Positions 8,809-19,027 of a DNA stretch of 64,000 nucleotides are shown one piece after another; position 1 is the stretch's first letter; each line of letters begins with the position of its first letter. The DNA lies in the NCBI GenBank assembly GCA_963674755.2, contig CAXXVS010000003.1, positions 608,001 through 672,000 on the forward strand, in the 5' to 3' direction. Below the pieces are notes generated by a model, which saw nothing but the letters and a program-made list of their open reading frames with translations, did not search any database and was not told where the DNA came from. A program made the position numbers and the translations under genes. This DNA comes from Desulfobacterales bacterium (lineage in GTDB: Bacteria > Desulfobacterota > Desulfobacteria > Desulfobacterales > UBA5852).

Positions 8809-9281
8809 AGAATCCTCGATCTTCTATTATATTATCATACTGCAGATTTTAGCGCTTATTATCGTAATTATCCTGCTGCATGATAATTACAAAAACGAGT
8901 TATTTTGAGACAGATTTATTTCAAAAGATATGTACGGGCGATCAACGGAAAGCCCGACAGCCATAAAATCGATAGCTATGGTAATGACCGCTTTGCGCGG
9001 CTTTGGGGCGGGACCGGCTTCATTGATGTGGGAATCATACCATAATCATTGGAGAATGCCAAATTTACAATACCGGTAGATAGCCAAAAAAGTGGTTTCA
9101 TTTTTCGTTTTGATTAAGATGCGGCCGGAGATGAATTTATGCGTTTTTGCTTCGGACGACGGGATCAACAATTCGTCGCAAATACCCAATTTCGGTCACA
9201 GCAAGCCATGCGGGCGGCCTAAGACCGACCTGCTGCAAGGGGATGTTGCCGCCGGAAATGGAAAGGCCAAGGTTTAGCGGG

Positions 9282-9782
9282 TTAATTTGTTGCCAGGAAC
9301 GCTTCATGAAAAATGATGGTTCCCCGTGGAATTTTTTCCGTAAACGGCAAGGCCAGAAACACATCCTGCGGGATGCCCTCATGGATCAGTTCAGGATAAT
9401 TCCTGAAACCAAAGCGGCTATAATAGTTCGGATCGCCGACAAGCGCGCAGCCCTGGCAGCCCATTTCCCGCAGCAAAGACAGGCCTTCCTGGATAAGCGA
9501 TTTCCCAATGCCGATCCTATGATATTCGGGCAGGACCGAAACCGGACCAAGGCCATACCAGTTTTGGGTCCCATCCGTAATGCTTACCGGAGAAAACGCG
9601 ATATGGCCGACAATCTGTCCGTCGATTTCCACCACGAGCGACAGGGTGAGCGCGCCGGCCGCCCGTAAGGCCTTGATAATGAATTGTTCCGTGTGATGGC
9701 TGATGGGAAGGGTCTTGAAGGCGGCGATCGTGACCTCGGTGATCGCCTTGATATCGGCGGCGGTTTCTTTTCTGATGATCAT
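9282..9782 (-). CDS. GNAT family N-acetyltransferase (YhbS-like)
   Basis: Start reassigned to MIIRKETAAD; motifs GLGPVSVLPEYHRIGIGKSLI and LVGDPNYYSRFGF. Confidence 0.9.
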   Translation of the reverse strand: MIIRKETAADIKAITEVTIAAFKTLPISHHTEQFIIKALRAAGALTLSLVVEIDGQIVGHIAFSPVSITDGTQNWYGLGPVSVLPEYHRIGIGKSLIQEGLSLLREMGCQGCALVGDPNYYSRFGFRNYPELIHEGIPQDVFLALPFTEKIPRGTIIFHEAFLATN

Positions 9783-9843
9783 GTGAAGACCCGGCTTGGG
9801 TTGGAGCATTCGAAAAGGACGGCGGTATGCCAGCCCACCGCCA

Positions 9844-10269
9844 TCATGTTTCACTCCGCAGCAATGCGGAAGCCTTTTCCACCACAGCCGCGGGAAAGGG
9901 GCAGGATTTCCGGGCTTCGGTGTCCATGTGGACGACTTTGAGGGTCGTGTGTGCGGCAACCGCCAGGGTTTCGTCCAGACGCATCTCGTGGCGGAAGCGC
10001 AGGCTCTTCTCCTTGATCTCGAGAAGTTCGGAATGCACCGAGATGATATCGCCGGCGCGGACTTCCTGAAGGTAGGAAAGGTGCTGATCCACGGCAGCCA
10101 TGCCGCGATGGGCGGATCGCAGGAAGCTCGGGGTGAGCCCAAGCAGGTTGAAGAACTGCCAGGTCGCCTCATCGAATTTGCCGACGTACCACATGACGTT
10201 CATGTGCCCCACGTGATCGCAGTGCCAGGGGTAAACCGTGCCGCGGTAGGTGAGGAAGGATTCAGACAT
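9844..10269 (-). CDS. Acyl-CoA thioesterase (hotdog fold)
   Basis: Start MSESFLTYRG; motif CDHVGHMNVMWY. Confidence 0.88.
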   Translation of the reverse strand: MSESFLTYRGTVYPWHCDHVGHMNVMWYVGKFDEATWQFFNLLGLTPSFLRSAHRGMAAVDQHLSYLQEVRAGDIISVHSELLEIKEKSLRFRHEMRLDETLAVAAHTTLKVVHMDTEARKSCPFPAAVVEKASALLRSET

Positions 10270-10437
10270 CGAAGGGCTCCTTGGGCCGGAAGCAGGGCTG
10301 CAAATGGCAGATGTTCTTTTAACAGCTTCCGCTTGCGCGGTCATCCGGGGTGGTGCCGGCTGGTACGGGGTGAGACTTACGAAACCGGTAGCAAAAATAG
10401 GATCGCTTGTCAAAAAAATAGGCTAATAGCGACCTTG

Positions 10438-12036
10438 TCAAGTTTGCACAGGGTTTCCCATGGGAAGGGCGCGATCGCCCGCCATGCGAGGTGGCCGGCG
10501 GGGACGGAAAAGGATCGCTGCGATGATGGGGACGACCAGGGCCAGCAGGGCCACGGTGATCAGCAAATGACCCAGGGCGGCATACTGGCCGCGTTCGATC
10601 ACGAAGATTTCGTTCAGATAGCGGGTGCCGAGCTGACTGGCCGACAAGGCCAGATTGGTGAAGGCCGCCATGACGGCAAAGTAGGTGGCCTTCTGGTGGG
10701 CGGGTGCTTCCCGGGCGATCCAGGCCAGCATGGGAATCATGGCCACCTGACCCATGGGGGCGTCGGCCATGGTGTCGATCATGGCGATGGTTCGCGGGCC
10801 GAATCCCAGGTGGGCGGCGGTCCACTGGTGCAGGCCGTAGAACATGGCGATAAAGGGCAGCATCATGAAGGCGCTGTAGATAGCCAGGAATACGACGATG
10901 TAGGGCAAGGAGTGGCGTCCCATCCAGCTCCGCAGGGCCAGCATGCCGGCAATGGTGAGGAGGGCCGAAATCTGACGCAGGGTCCCGAAAAAAGCCTCAT
11001 CGAAACCCAGGGCGTCGATCTGCCACCAACTGGCGCCGGCCCCGGCCGTGGGCATGGCCCGGAAGACGAAGACGATGATCGCGATGGCAACAATTTCGCG
11101 TCGCTTTTCAGGCGCCAGATCGGCCAGCACCTGACGCATGAGGTAGAGAATGACCCCCAGGGATCCGATGAAGATCATTTCTTCCTTGTGCGGCAGGCCC
11201 GAAAGACCGACCAGCAGGGATACGGCCACAAAACCCGCGCTGCCCCATAGAATTTGAGGGTTGACCCGGACGTCCGATCGCGACACCGGGGGGGCGGCGA
11301 AGGCCCCTGAGCAGCGGCGGGCGCGCCAGCGCATGCCGGCGGCCAGCAGCACCCCGGCTACGGAAATAAGCGGTATGACCAGGGCGATCTGGTACATGCT
11401 GGCATAGGAGAGGGTGGCGGCCAGCCAGCCGCCGCTGCCGGCCACGACGGCCCCGCCGCCGATAATGGCCACACGTCCCAGGGTCTGCATGGTGACATGC
11501 ATCTGCTTGAGCTGTTCTTCCGGAAACGGCGTGCCGTCGACCCGGAGGGTGGGAACCGCTTCGACCGTCATGGCGTCGGCCACCACGTCCTGCAGGACAT
11601 ACCCCACCGGCGCCAGCAGGACCGCAAGTACATACCAGGTGTCGAGCGGAAGCAGCGCGGCCATCTGGGCGGTGTAGCCGGTCAGGCCCACCATGATCAG
11701 CAGGCTGGCGCCCATCAGGGCCGCCCCCAGGTAGACGAAGCCCGCCTTCCAGCGCCAGAAGAGGTCGACCAGATGGCCGACAGGCATCTTGAGCGCCCAG
11801 GGCAAGCCGGCCCAGAAGCCCAGTCCGGCCAGGAAGGCGGCACTCAGGCCAAGTTCCTCCTTGACGAAAAAGGATTCGATGATGCCGGTGAAGCCGGACA
11901 CGCCGGCCGCAAAATACACCATGAGCGGCGGCACATAGCTCCAGCGCATCTCTCCCATGAGGCCTATGATGTCACGCCGGAACCAGCGTCGGACATTGTT
12001 GGTCAAACCGGAGATTGGGTTTTGATGACGAGGCAT
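10438..12036 (-). CDS. BT1-like folate/biopterin MFS transporter
   Basis: 532 aa with many TM segments; motifs LPWALKMPVGHLVD and QDVVADAMTVE. Confidence 0.75.
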   Translation of the reverse strand: MPRHQNPISGLTNNVRRWFRRDIIGLMGEMRWSYVPPLMVYFAAGVSGFTGIIESFFVKEELGLSAAFLAGLGFWAGLPWALKMPVGHLVDLFWRWKAGFVYLGAALMGASLLIMVGLTGYTAQMAALLPLDTWYVLAVLLAPVGYVLQDVVADAMTVEAVPTLRVDGTPFPEEQLKQMHVTMQTLGRVAIIGGGAVVAGSGGWLAATLSYASMYQIALVIPLISVAGVLLAAGMRWRARRCSGAFAAPPVSRSDVRVNPQILWGSAGFVAVSLLVGLSGLPHKEEMIFIGSLGVILYLMRQVLADLAPEKRREIVAIAIIVFVFRAMPTAGAGASWWQIDALGFDEAFFGTLRQISALLTIAGMLALRSWMGRHSLPYIVVFLAIYSAFMMLPFIAMFYGLHQWTAAHLGFGPRTIAMIDTMADAPMGQVAMIPMLAWIAREAPAHQKATYFAVMAAFTNLALSASQLGTRYLNEIFVIERGQYAALGHLLITVALLALVVPIIAAILFRPRRPPRMAGDRALPMGNPVQT

Positions 12037-12125
12037 GTGTCTGTTTATCTTATTAAATTGAATGACGATTGGCTGCCGCTAAAGGAGGCGGCCTGTGGAG
12101 CCAGGCGATCTGCTATTAAATCAAA

Positions 12126-12151
12126 GGGCCGGGGGGCGAACCCCCCGGCCC
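12126..12151 (-). terminator. Intrinsic terminator downstream of degQ-like gene
   Basis: GGGCCGGGGGG-cgaa-CCCCCCGGCCC stem followed by TTTGATTT on the minus strand. Confidence 0.6.
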
Positions 12152-12313
12152 GGGTAACGGCCGGGATCGATGCCGGGCCGGTTGTTTTCAGGATTCCTGG
12201 CCCTCGCTGCGTGCGGCGCGAACCGCCGTGGGCGGAATCAACCTACTGACGCCGGTTTGTGATCGTGCGTGCATCGATGCCGGCCGGGATGGCCGACGGT
12301 TGTCTTCCGTTGG

Positions 12314-13741
12314 TTAACCCAGTTGGACCACTTTCAGTCCGCCCTTGTCGCTCTTGACGAGCAGGTTGAGATGATCGCCCTTCTTGTTTTCCTGGACCCG
12401 GTCTTTGAAGTCCCGGGCGGATTCGACCTGATGGCGGTTGATCTCGACGATGACGTCGCCCTCTTCGAGGCCGGCCTGGGCGGCCTTGCTGCCGGGCTCG
12501 ACACCGGTCACGACGGCACCGTGTTCGGCGTCGATGTTCAGCCGGCGGGCCAGTTCGGGCGTCAGATCGGTGACCTGGATGCCGTAGCCGGATTCGGTGC
12601 CGGATTCCGCCTCGCCATTCTGGGCCAGGGTCATCGGGCGGCGTCCCACTTTGAGGGATACGGTTTTCTCCTTGCCGTCGCGCAGCAGGGTGACATCCAC
12701 TTTGTCGTCCACCGCCAGGGAAGCCGCTTTGGCGGTCAATTCATGGCTGCTGTTGACCTTGGTGCCGGCCACTTCGGTGATGATGTCATTGGGCTTGATG
12801 CCGGCCTGATCGGCGGGATCACCAGGAACCACTTTGGTGACCAGGACGCCCTGGTCCTTCTTGACACCGTAATAGGTGGCCAGATCGTTTCCCAGGTCCT
12901 GGATGGTGACACCCAGCCATCCCCGGGTGACTTCGCCCTTGCTTTTTAACTGGGAGACAATGCTGGTGGCCATATCAATGGGAATGGCAAAACCGATGCC
13001 CTGGCCGCTGGCGATGATGGCCGTATTGATGCCCACGACCTCGCCCTGCATATTGAGGAGCGGTCCGCCGCTGTTGCCCGGATTGATGGACGCATCGGTC
13101 TGGATATAGTCATCATAGGGTCCCGCACCGATCACGCGCCCTTTGGCGCTGACGATGCCGGCCGTTACCGTGTGGTCCAGGCCGAAGGGATTGCCGATGG
13201 CGACCACCCACTGGCCGACCTTGAGATCGTCTGAATTACCCAGGGTGACGGTCGGCAGGGCCTTGTCGGATTTCACTTTGATCAGGGCCAGATCGGTCTG
13301 GGGATCGCGGCCCACCACGGTGGCGTCAAACTTGCGGTCGTCCTGGAGGACGACCTTGATTTTGTCGGCGCCCTCCACGACATGGTTGTTGGTGACGATA
13401 TAGCCGTCCCGGTCGATGATGAATCCGGTGCCCAGGCCGGACTGGCTGCGCGGCTGGGGGGTCTGATTCCCGAAATAGGGGCCGAAGAAATCGCGGAACT
13501 GTTTGTTCATGTCGCCGCTCCCGCCATTGAACGGGTGCATGGCGGGCTGGATGTTTTTTTCCACTTGGATGTTGACCACGGCGGGTCCGACCTTGTCGGC
13601 CAGGGCCGTGAAATTCTGGGGCACCATGTGCACTCCGGGATCGCTGGTGGCCGCCACGGCGGCCGTCAAACCGGGCGCACTGATAAAGCCCAGCAGGGTT
13701 AAAACCATAACTGTCTTTTTGAATCGAAAGCGTCGAAGCAT
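12314..13741 (-). CDS. degQ: DegQ/DegP (HtrA) periplasmic serine endoprotease
   Basis: Signal peptide, TNNHVV, DLAL, INPGNSGGPL and two PDZ domains. Confidence 0.92.
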   Translation of the reverse strand: MLRRFRFKKTVMVLTLLGFISAPGLTAAVAATSDPGVHMVPQNFTALADKVGPAVVNIQVEKNIQPAMHPFNGGSGDMNKQFRDFFGPYFGNQTPQPRSQSGLGTGFIIDRDGYIVTNNHVVEGADKIKVVLQDDRKFDATVVGRDPQTDLALIKVKSDKALPTVTLGNSDDLKVGQWVVAIGNPFGLDHTVTAGIVSAKGRVIGAGPYDDYIQTDASINPGNSGGPLLNMQGEVVGINTAIIASGQGIGFAIPIDMATSIVSQLKSKGEVTRGWLGVTIQDLGNDLATYYGVKKDQGVLVTKVVPGDPADQAGIKPNDIITEVAGTKVNSSHELTAKAASLAVDDKVDVTLLRDGKEKTVSLKVGRRPMTLAQNGEAESGTESGYGIQVTDLTPELARRLNIDAEHGAVVTGVEPGSKAAQAGLEEGDVIVEINRHQVESARDFKDRVQENKKGDHLNLLVKSDKGGLKVVQLG

Positions 13742-14242
13742 CGTCTGCTACCTCCTGATGGTCGTTGATAAAGGAACTGTTGCGGATGCGCTACGGCCCA
13801 AAGCCGTCTGTGCAAACGTAGGGACACAATAGACCATCAACCTCACGACAAGATGGTTTCAAGATGATCAAAAAGTTAAAGTGCCCACCCATCGATGGTA
13901 TCTTCAGACGGCATCATACGGCCCCCACCGGACGCGCTTTGGAAATCCCCGCCATAGCGCGGCCCCGCAACGCTATGGCTCATACGGCGACGCCGTCGGT
14001 TTCCACCCCCGGCGGGCCGTATGAGACGGCAAGTCTCGCAGTGCGGGACAAATCACTGTGGCCTGGGCCGGAACCCCAAGCGGTTATCGCTGGACAAACG
14101 CAGTTCTAGCCGTTGAAGATGCGCTTTCCTGCAAAGGAACCCTTGCAATCCGTGGACAGGGCTTATTGTTATACAAGACATAACGGCCGGAGATACGATG
14201 CATCGGGTTTCCGGCCCACGAAAGAAAAGGAGGACTTCAACG

Positions 14243-15274
14243 ATGCGCTACAAACAGCTTGGCCGGACAGGTTTGCTCGTGTCGGAATTGTGCTTCGGCA
14301 CCATGACCTTCGGCGGCGGGACGGGGTTTTGGCGGGCGATCGGGCGGCTGCAGCAGGACGCGGCCGACAACCTGGTTGCCCGGGTGCTGGATGCCGGGAT
14401 CAATTTTATCGACACGGCCGATATCTACTCCGAAGGGGATTCCGAAAGGATCCTGGGAAAGGCCCTGGGCAAACGCCGCAAGGAAGTGGTGCTGGCCACC
14501 AAGGTGTTGGGCCGCATGGGGCCGGGGCCCAACCAGGTGGGGCTTTCCCGGGGGCACATCATGCAGGCCGTGGAAGACAGCCTGGCGCGTTTGGGTACGG
14601 ACTACATCGATCTCTACCAGATTCACGGGTTCGATCCGCTCACCCCGCTGGAAGAGACCTTGGGGGCTCTGGACGACCTGGTGCATTCCGGCAAGGTACG
14701 CTACATCGGCTGCTCCAACCTGGCGGCCTGGCAGCTGATGAAATCCCTATGGGTTTCGGACAAGGGCAACCTGCAGCGTTTCGAAAGTCTGCAGGCCTAC
14801 TACACGATCGCCGGCCGGGATCTCGAGCGGGACGTCGTTCCGGTGCTGCAGGATCAGAACCTCGGGCTGATGGTCTGGAGCCCGCTGGCCGGCGGGCTAT
14901 TGTCCGGCAAATTCGATCGCGAAGGGAAAGGGCCGGACGGTGCCCGCCGGGTGGATTTCGATTTTCCGCCCGTGGACAAGGCGCGGGCCTTCAACGTGGT
15001 GGATGTGATGCGGGAGATCGCGCAGGCCAAACAGGTTTCCGTGGCCCGGATCGCCCTGGCCTGGCTGCTGCATCAGCCGGTGGTCACCAGCGTAATCGTC
15101 GGTGCCAAAACACCGGAGCAGCTGGCGGACAATCTCGCCGCACCGGAGGTCAAGCTGTCCGCCGAGGAGCTGTCCCGTTTGAATACGGTCAGCGAGTTGC
15201 CGGCGGAGTACCCGGGTTGGATGGTCGCCCGGCAATCCGAGAATCGGTTGCCGGAACAAGCGACGAACGCTTGA
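14243..15274 (+). CDS. Aldo/keto reductase
   Basis: AGGAGG RBS; MRYKQLGRTGLLVSELCFGTM, DTADIY, LATK, DLYQIH. Confidence 0.93.
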   Translation: MRYKQLGRTGLLVSELCFGTMTFGGGTGFWRAIGRLQQDAADNLVARVLDAGINFIDTADIYSEGDSERILGKALGKRRKEVVLATKVLGRMGPGPNQVGLSRGHIMQAVEDSLARLGTDYIDLYQIHGFDPLTPLEETLGALDDLVHSGKVRYIGCSNLAAWQLMKSLWVSDKGNLQRFESLQAYYTIAGRDLERDVVPVLQDQNLGLMVWSPLAGGLLSGKFDREGKGPDGARRVDFDFPPVDKARAFNVVDVMREIAQAKQVSVARIALAWLLHQPVVTSVIVGAKTPEQLADNLAAPEVKLSAEELSRLNTVSELPAEYPGWMVARQSENRLPEQATNA

Positions 15275-15440
15275 TCGCCGAGGGCGGGTCGCCATACGTG
15301 GCATCCCTTTTCCCATGACGGCGGCCAAAGCCGCCCCTATTCGGCGGTGATGATCTCCCGGGAGGCGAATGTCTTCCCACGGACGGTAATGGGTCTTCAC
15401 CATGTGACCTGTCGGGACCAACCGGCAGCATCGGAACGGA

Positions 15441-16079
15441 TCAGATTGTGAAGGGGAGGTTCAGTACCACGCCGGCGACCGCCTCGGCCGCCCGGGTCGG
15501 GGAGGCGCAGGCGTGAACGCCGTCGAGGTGGGGGCCGTCGGCCAGGACGAAAACCCGTTTTTCGAATTGCAGGGCGAAGGCCATTTCCGAAATGGTGCCA
15601 TAGCCCCCGCCCACGGCCACGAGACACAAGGCGGCCCGGGCCACCAATGCGTTGCGGGCGATGCCGATGCCGGTGGCGATGGGCACGCTGACATAGGGAT
15701 TGGCCAGGGCTGGGTCGGCGTCGGGCAACAGTCCAATGCTCAAGCCGCCTTCGCTGGCGGCACCCTGGCAGGCCGCCTCCATGATGCCCTGGCGTCCGCC
15801 GCAAAGCAAGGTAAGGCCCATCAGGGCCAGCTGCTTTCCCATATCTTCAGCCGCCTGAAGCTGGGCAGGTGTGGCTTCGCGTCCGCCGATGACGGCGACC
15901 GGCACCAGGCAGGGGGCGCCGCTGAAACGCTGAAGCCATGCGACGGCTTCGACCGGGGAGATTTCGTTTCCGGCGGGCGCAGGGTCTTTAGGGTGTATCC
16001 AGGATCGATCCCGGGGTGAAAATCCAAGGCCTTCGGACGTGGTGAGGCATGCCTTTCGTTCATCAAGGAAGAGCTTCAT
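15441..16079 (-). CDS. TIGR00725 / LOG-family Rossmann-fold protein
   Basis: Start MKLFLDERK overlaps the permease stop; motifs LLCGGRQGIMEAAC, ARNALV, GGGYGTISE. Confidence 0.85.
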   Translation of the reverse strand: MKLFLDERKACLTTSEGLGFSPRDRSWIHPKDPAPAGNEISPVEAVAWLQRFSGAPCLVPVAVIGGREATPAQLQAAEDMGKQLALMGLTLLCGGRQGIMEAACQGAASEGGLSIGLLPDADPALANPYVSVPIATGIGIARNALVARAALCLVAVGGGYGTISEMAFALQFEKRVFVLADGPHLDGVHACASPTRAAEAVAGVVLNLPFTI

Positions 16080-16911
16080 GACGTTCCTTCCTGAGGGCGT
16101 ATAGTTCGCCGGCCGCCAGGACCAGTGTGCACAGGGTGAGGAGGACCACGGAGAGGGCCGCTGCCGAGGGGAAGTCCGCACCGCTGTCGGAAATACGGCT
16201 GTAAAGGATGAGGGGCAGAATGTTGACCTGGGTGCCCACAAGGGCCAGGGCCGTGCCGTAAGCGCCGATCGCCACGGCCGAAACGAGGCAGAACGCGCTA
16301 ACGGCGCTGGGCATGATTTGCGGAATCAGAATGTCCACCAGCGCTCTCATGTGGCCGGCACCCAGGGATTGCGCCGCCTTTATCTGGGCCCGGTCGAAGT
16401 TGACCAGTACGGGCAGGAGGATCAGCACCACCCGGGGGATGAGATAGTAGGAGTAGGCGAAAGCCAACCCCAACGGGCTATAGAGAAAGCCTGAAAAAGT
16501 GGCGGGATCCGATCCCAGGGCCGCTAGGGAAAGGGTGATGAACCCTGCGCGTCCAAAGGCCAGGATGAAGCCATAGGCCACGATGAGGCCGGAGAAGGTC
16601 AGTGGCAGCGAAATCCAGAACAGCAGGTTCGTACGCAGGTTCTCCGGGAGGGCGGAGAGGTGCCAGGCCACCCCGAACCCGACCATCAAAGAGAAAGCGG
16701 GCGCGGTCACCCCGAGCACGAGTGTCCCTGCCAGGCCCCTCCAGAAGATGGGGTCGGTGAAGATGGCCGTGAAAGCGCTGCCGCCTCCCGTAAAGGCTTC
16801 CTCGGACACCACCGCGAGGGGGATGACGAAAAAAAACAGGATGGTTAGCGCGCCGGGGGCGGCCATCAAGGCCAGCCGCCGCCGGCGTTTGTTGGGGATT
16901 TTATTGGCCAA
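16063..16911 (-). CDS. ABC importer permease (PotB/FbpB-like)
   Basis: TM helices; EAA-like motif QIKAAQSLGA. Confidence 0.88.
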   Translation of the reverse strand: MANKIPNKRRRRLALMAAPGALTILFFFVIPLAVVSEEAFTGGGSAFTAIFTDPIFWRGLAGTLVLGVTAPAFSLMVGFGVAWHLSALPENLRTNLLFWISLPLTFSGLIVAYGFILAFGRAGFITLSLAALGSDPATFSGFLYSPLGLAFAYSYYLIPRVVLILLPVLVNFDRAQIKAAQSLGAGHMRALVDILIPQIMPSAVSAFCLVSAVAIGAYGTALALVGTQVNILPLILYSRISDSGADFPSAAALSVVLLTLCTLVLAAGELYALRKERHEALP

Positions 16912-17971
16912 GGATCAGTTTTGCCCAGGTTTTGTCAATTTCAGGTTTAAGCGCCGCCGCCTTGACGAGGTCCAGCGGTTTGAGCTGGGGTGTCGCCGGG
17001 AATCGGTCGGCGATGTCGGCCGGAAGTTTCACCCCCGGAACGGAGGGTCGTACGAAGCCTTCCGCAAATGTCGTTTGCCCCGTATCGGTCATGATGAAGT
17101 TCAGCCACAGCTTGCCCGCATTCGGATTGGGGCCGTTTTTGACCAGGCTGATGGCATAGGGCGCCGCCACGGTCGCTTCTTTGGGAATCACCACGGCGAT
17201 GCCGTCGCCCATGCCGTCCTGGTATTTCGCTTTGAGCCCGTCGTTCTCGTAGCCGATCCAGATGGGTATCTCCCCTTTGACGAACTTGGCATAGGGCGTC
17301 GTCCCTTCCACACGCAGGACATTGCCGGCCTTGTGCAGCTTGGCCAGGTACTCCATACCGGGCATGATATTGGTCATGTCGCCCCCGTTGCCGAAATTGG
17401 CGGCGAAGCTCAGCACCTGGCCCTGGCCGGTGGAGCGGGGGTCGAGGTAGACGATGGCATTCTTGTATTCGGGCTTGGCCAGATCCGCCCAGGACTGGGG
17501 CACATTGTCCACCAGCTTGGTGTTGACCAGGAAAGCGATGGTGAGTTGGTGGATGATAAACCAGCGGCCCTCTTTGTCACGGTAGACTTCGGGCAGCTTG
17601 TCGAAGTTCACGGGCTTGAAGCCTTCCAGCAGGCCCTTGTTGGCCGCGTCGATGGCGGATCCCCCGAAGTAATAGGCGGTGTCGGCCTGGGGGCGGTTGC
17701 GGGCCTTGTCAAGCGCCACCACCGTAGCGCCTGATCCCAGGTCGTTATAGGCCATCTCCACCTGGGGGTAGCGGGTTTTGAAACGTTTGAACATGGTTTT
17801 CCAGTTGGCCCAGGTGGGTCCGGTGTCGAAGGACACCACCATGCCTTCCTTGGCCGCGGATTCGTAGAGCGCTTTTTCACCGGGATACAGTTCCTGGCCT
17901 TCGAACGCCATGGCGGCCGATGCAAGAAATGCCAGGGAAAGCATACCTGCCAAGATTGCCTTGAATTTCAT
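16901..17971 (-). CDS. ABC importer substrate-binding protein (polyamine/Fe/thiamine/phosphonate class)
   Basis: Signal peptide; PQSWADL and YLDPRSTGQG; GGAGG RBS. Confidence 0.88.
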   Translation of the reverse strand: MKFKAILAGMLSLAFLASAAMAFEGQELYPGEKALYESAAKEGMVVSFDTGPTWANWKTMFKRFKTRYPQVEMAYNDLGSGATVVALDKARNRPQADTAYYFGGSAIDAANKGLLEGFKPVNFDKLPEVYRDKEGRWFIIHQLTIAFLVNTKLVDNVPQSWADLAKPEYKNAIVYLDPRSTGQGQVLSFAANFGNGGDMTNIMPGMEYLAKLHKAGNVLRVEGTTPYAKFVKGEIPIWIGYENDGLKAKYQDGMGDGIAVVIPKEATVAAPYAISLVKNGPNPNAGKLWLNFIMTDTGQTTFAEGFVRPSVPGVKLPADIADRFPATPQLKPLDLVKAAALKPEIDKTWAKLILGQ

Positions 17972-18001
17972 TTTAGCCTCCTCCGTTTGTGATGGTCCAT
18001 T

Positions 18002-19027
18002 TTAGGTTGGCAAGAGCCTGATATGCTCCGGCCGTATGCTGATCGCGTCGATATCGCCGCGGATGCCCGTTTGCCCTAAGATAACTGCCTCGCCGACCGC
18101 CAGGTCATAGCGCCGCACCGCCCCCAGGAAGCGATCCCGGACGATGCCCCCCTTGAATACGTTGATCCCATCGGGCCCTGGCCCGACCGTGATGTTTTCA
18201 GGCCTCACCAAAACCGTTACCCTGCGGCCCGGCGCATAGTCATGGGGCGCTGTTGCCAGCAGACCGAAGGGGAGCCGAACGCTCGTCGATGAGGCTGTTT
18301 CGCCTTCCCACAGGTTGGCCTCACCCACGAAATTCGCCACGCTGCGGGTGGCCGGTTGATCATAGAGCTCAAGCGGTGTGGCAATTTGCACCAAGCGGCC
18401 GGCCTCCATGACCGCCACCCGGTCGGCCATGGAAAGAGCCTCTTCCTGGTCGTGGGTGATATGCACGGTGGAAATGGAAAATTCGCGCTGCAGGCGTCGG
18501 ATTTCATCCCGCATGTCGGCGCGCAGGCTGGCGTCCAGCGCCGAAAGGGGTTCGTCAAGAAGCAGAGCTTTGGGTTGGAACACCAGGGCCCGGGCCAGGG
18601 CCACCCGTTGCTGCTGGCCGCCGGACAGGGTTTGGGGCTGGCGTTCTTCAAAGCCCTTCAGTCCGACCCGCTCCAGGGCTTCGACAGCCAGGTGGCGGCG
18701 TTTCTGCGATGCGATTTTGCGGATCTTGAGAGGGTAGGCCACGTTTTGCCAGGCCGTCATGTGAGGGAAGAGGGCGTAAGACTGGAACACCACCCCGAGC
18801 TGCCGTTCCCGCACCGGCAAGTGGGTGATGGCGGTACCGTCCAGTCGGATGCTGCCGTGGTGGGCCGTTTCGAAACCGGCGATGAGTTTGAGCAGGGTGG
18901 TTTTACCCGAGCCGCTGGAACCGATCACGGCCAGGAGTTCGCCGTCGGCGATGGCGAGATCGATGTCGAATACACCCACCGAGGTGCCGGGGTAGGTAAA
19001 GGTCACCTTTTCGAGATTGAGGCTCAT
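18002..19027 (-). CDS. ABC importer ATP-binding protein (PotA-like, TOBE domain)
   Basis: GSSGSGKTT, LSGGQQQR, LLLDEP. Confidence 0.93.
   Translation of the reverse strand: MSLNLEKVTFTYPGTSVGVFDIDLAIADGELLAVIGSSGSGKTTLLKLIAGFETAHHGSIRLDGTAITHLPVRERQLGVVFQSYALFPHMTAWQNVAYPLKIRKIASQKRRHLAVEALERVGLKGFEERQPQTLSGGQQQRVALARALVFQPKALLLDEPLSALDASLRADMRDEIRRLQREFSISTVHITHDQEEALSMADRVAVMEAGRLVQIATPLELYDQPATRSVANFVGEANLWEGETASSTSVRLPFGLLATAPHDYAPGRRVTVLVRPENITVGPGPDGINVFKGGIVRDRFLGAVRRYDLAVGEAVILGQTGIRGDIDAISIRPEHIRLLPT

Noticed and set aside
8940..9282. Possible integron integrase upstream of the cassettes
   Set aside because: No tyrosine-recombinase ORF or motif; only short spurious ORFs.
10317..10440. 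GTTAAAA core and short repeats upstream of the thioesterase as a third attC
   Set aside because: No matching R'' box or paired L boxes.
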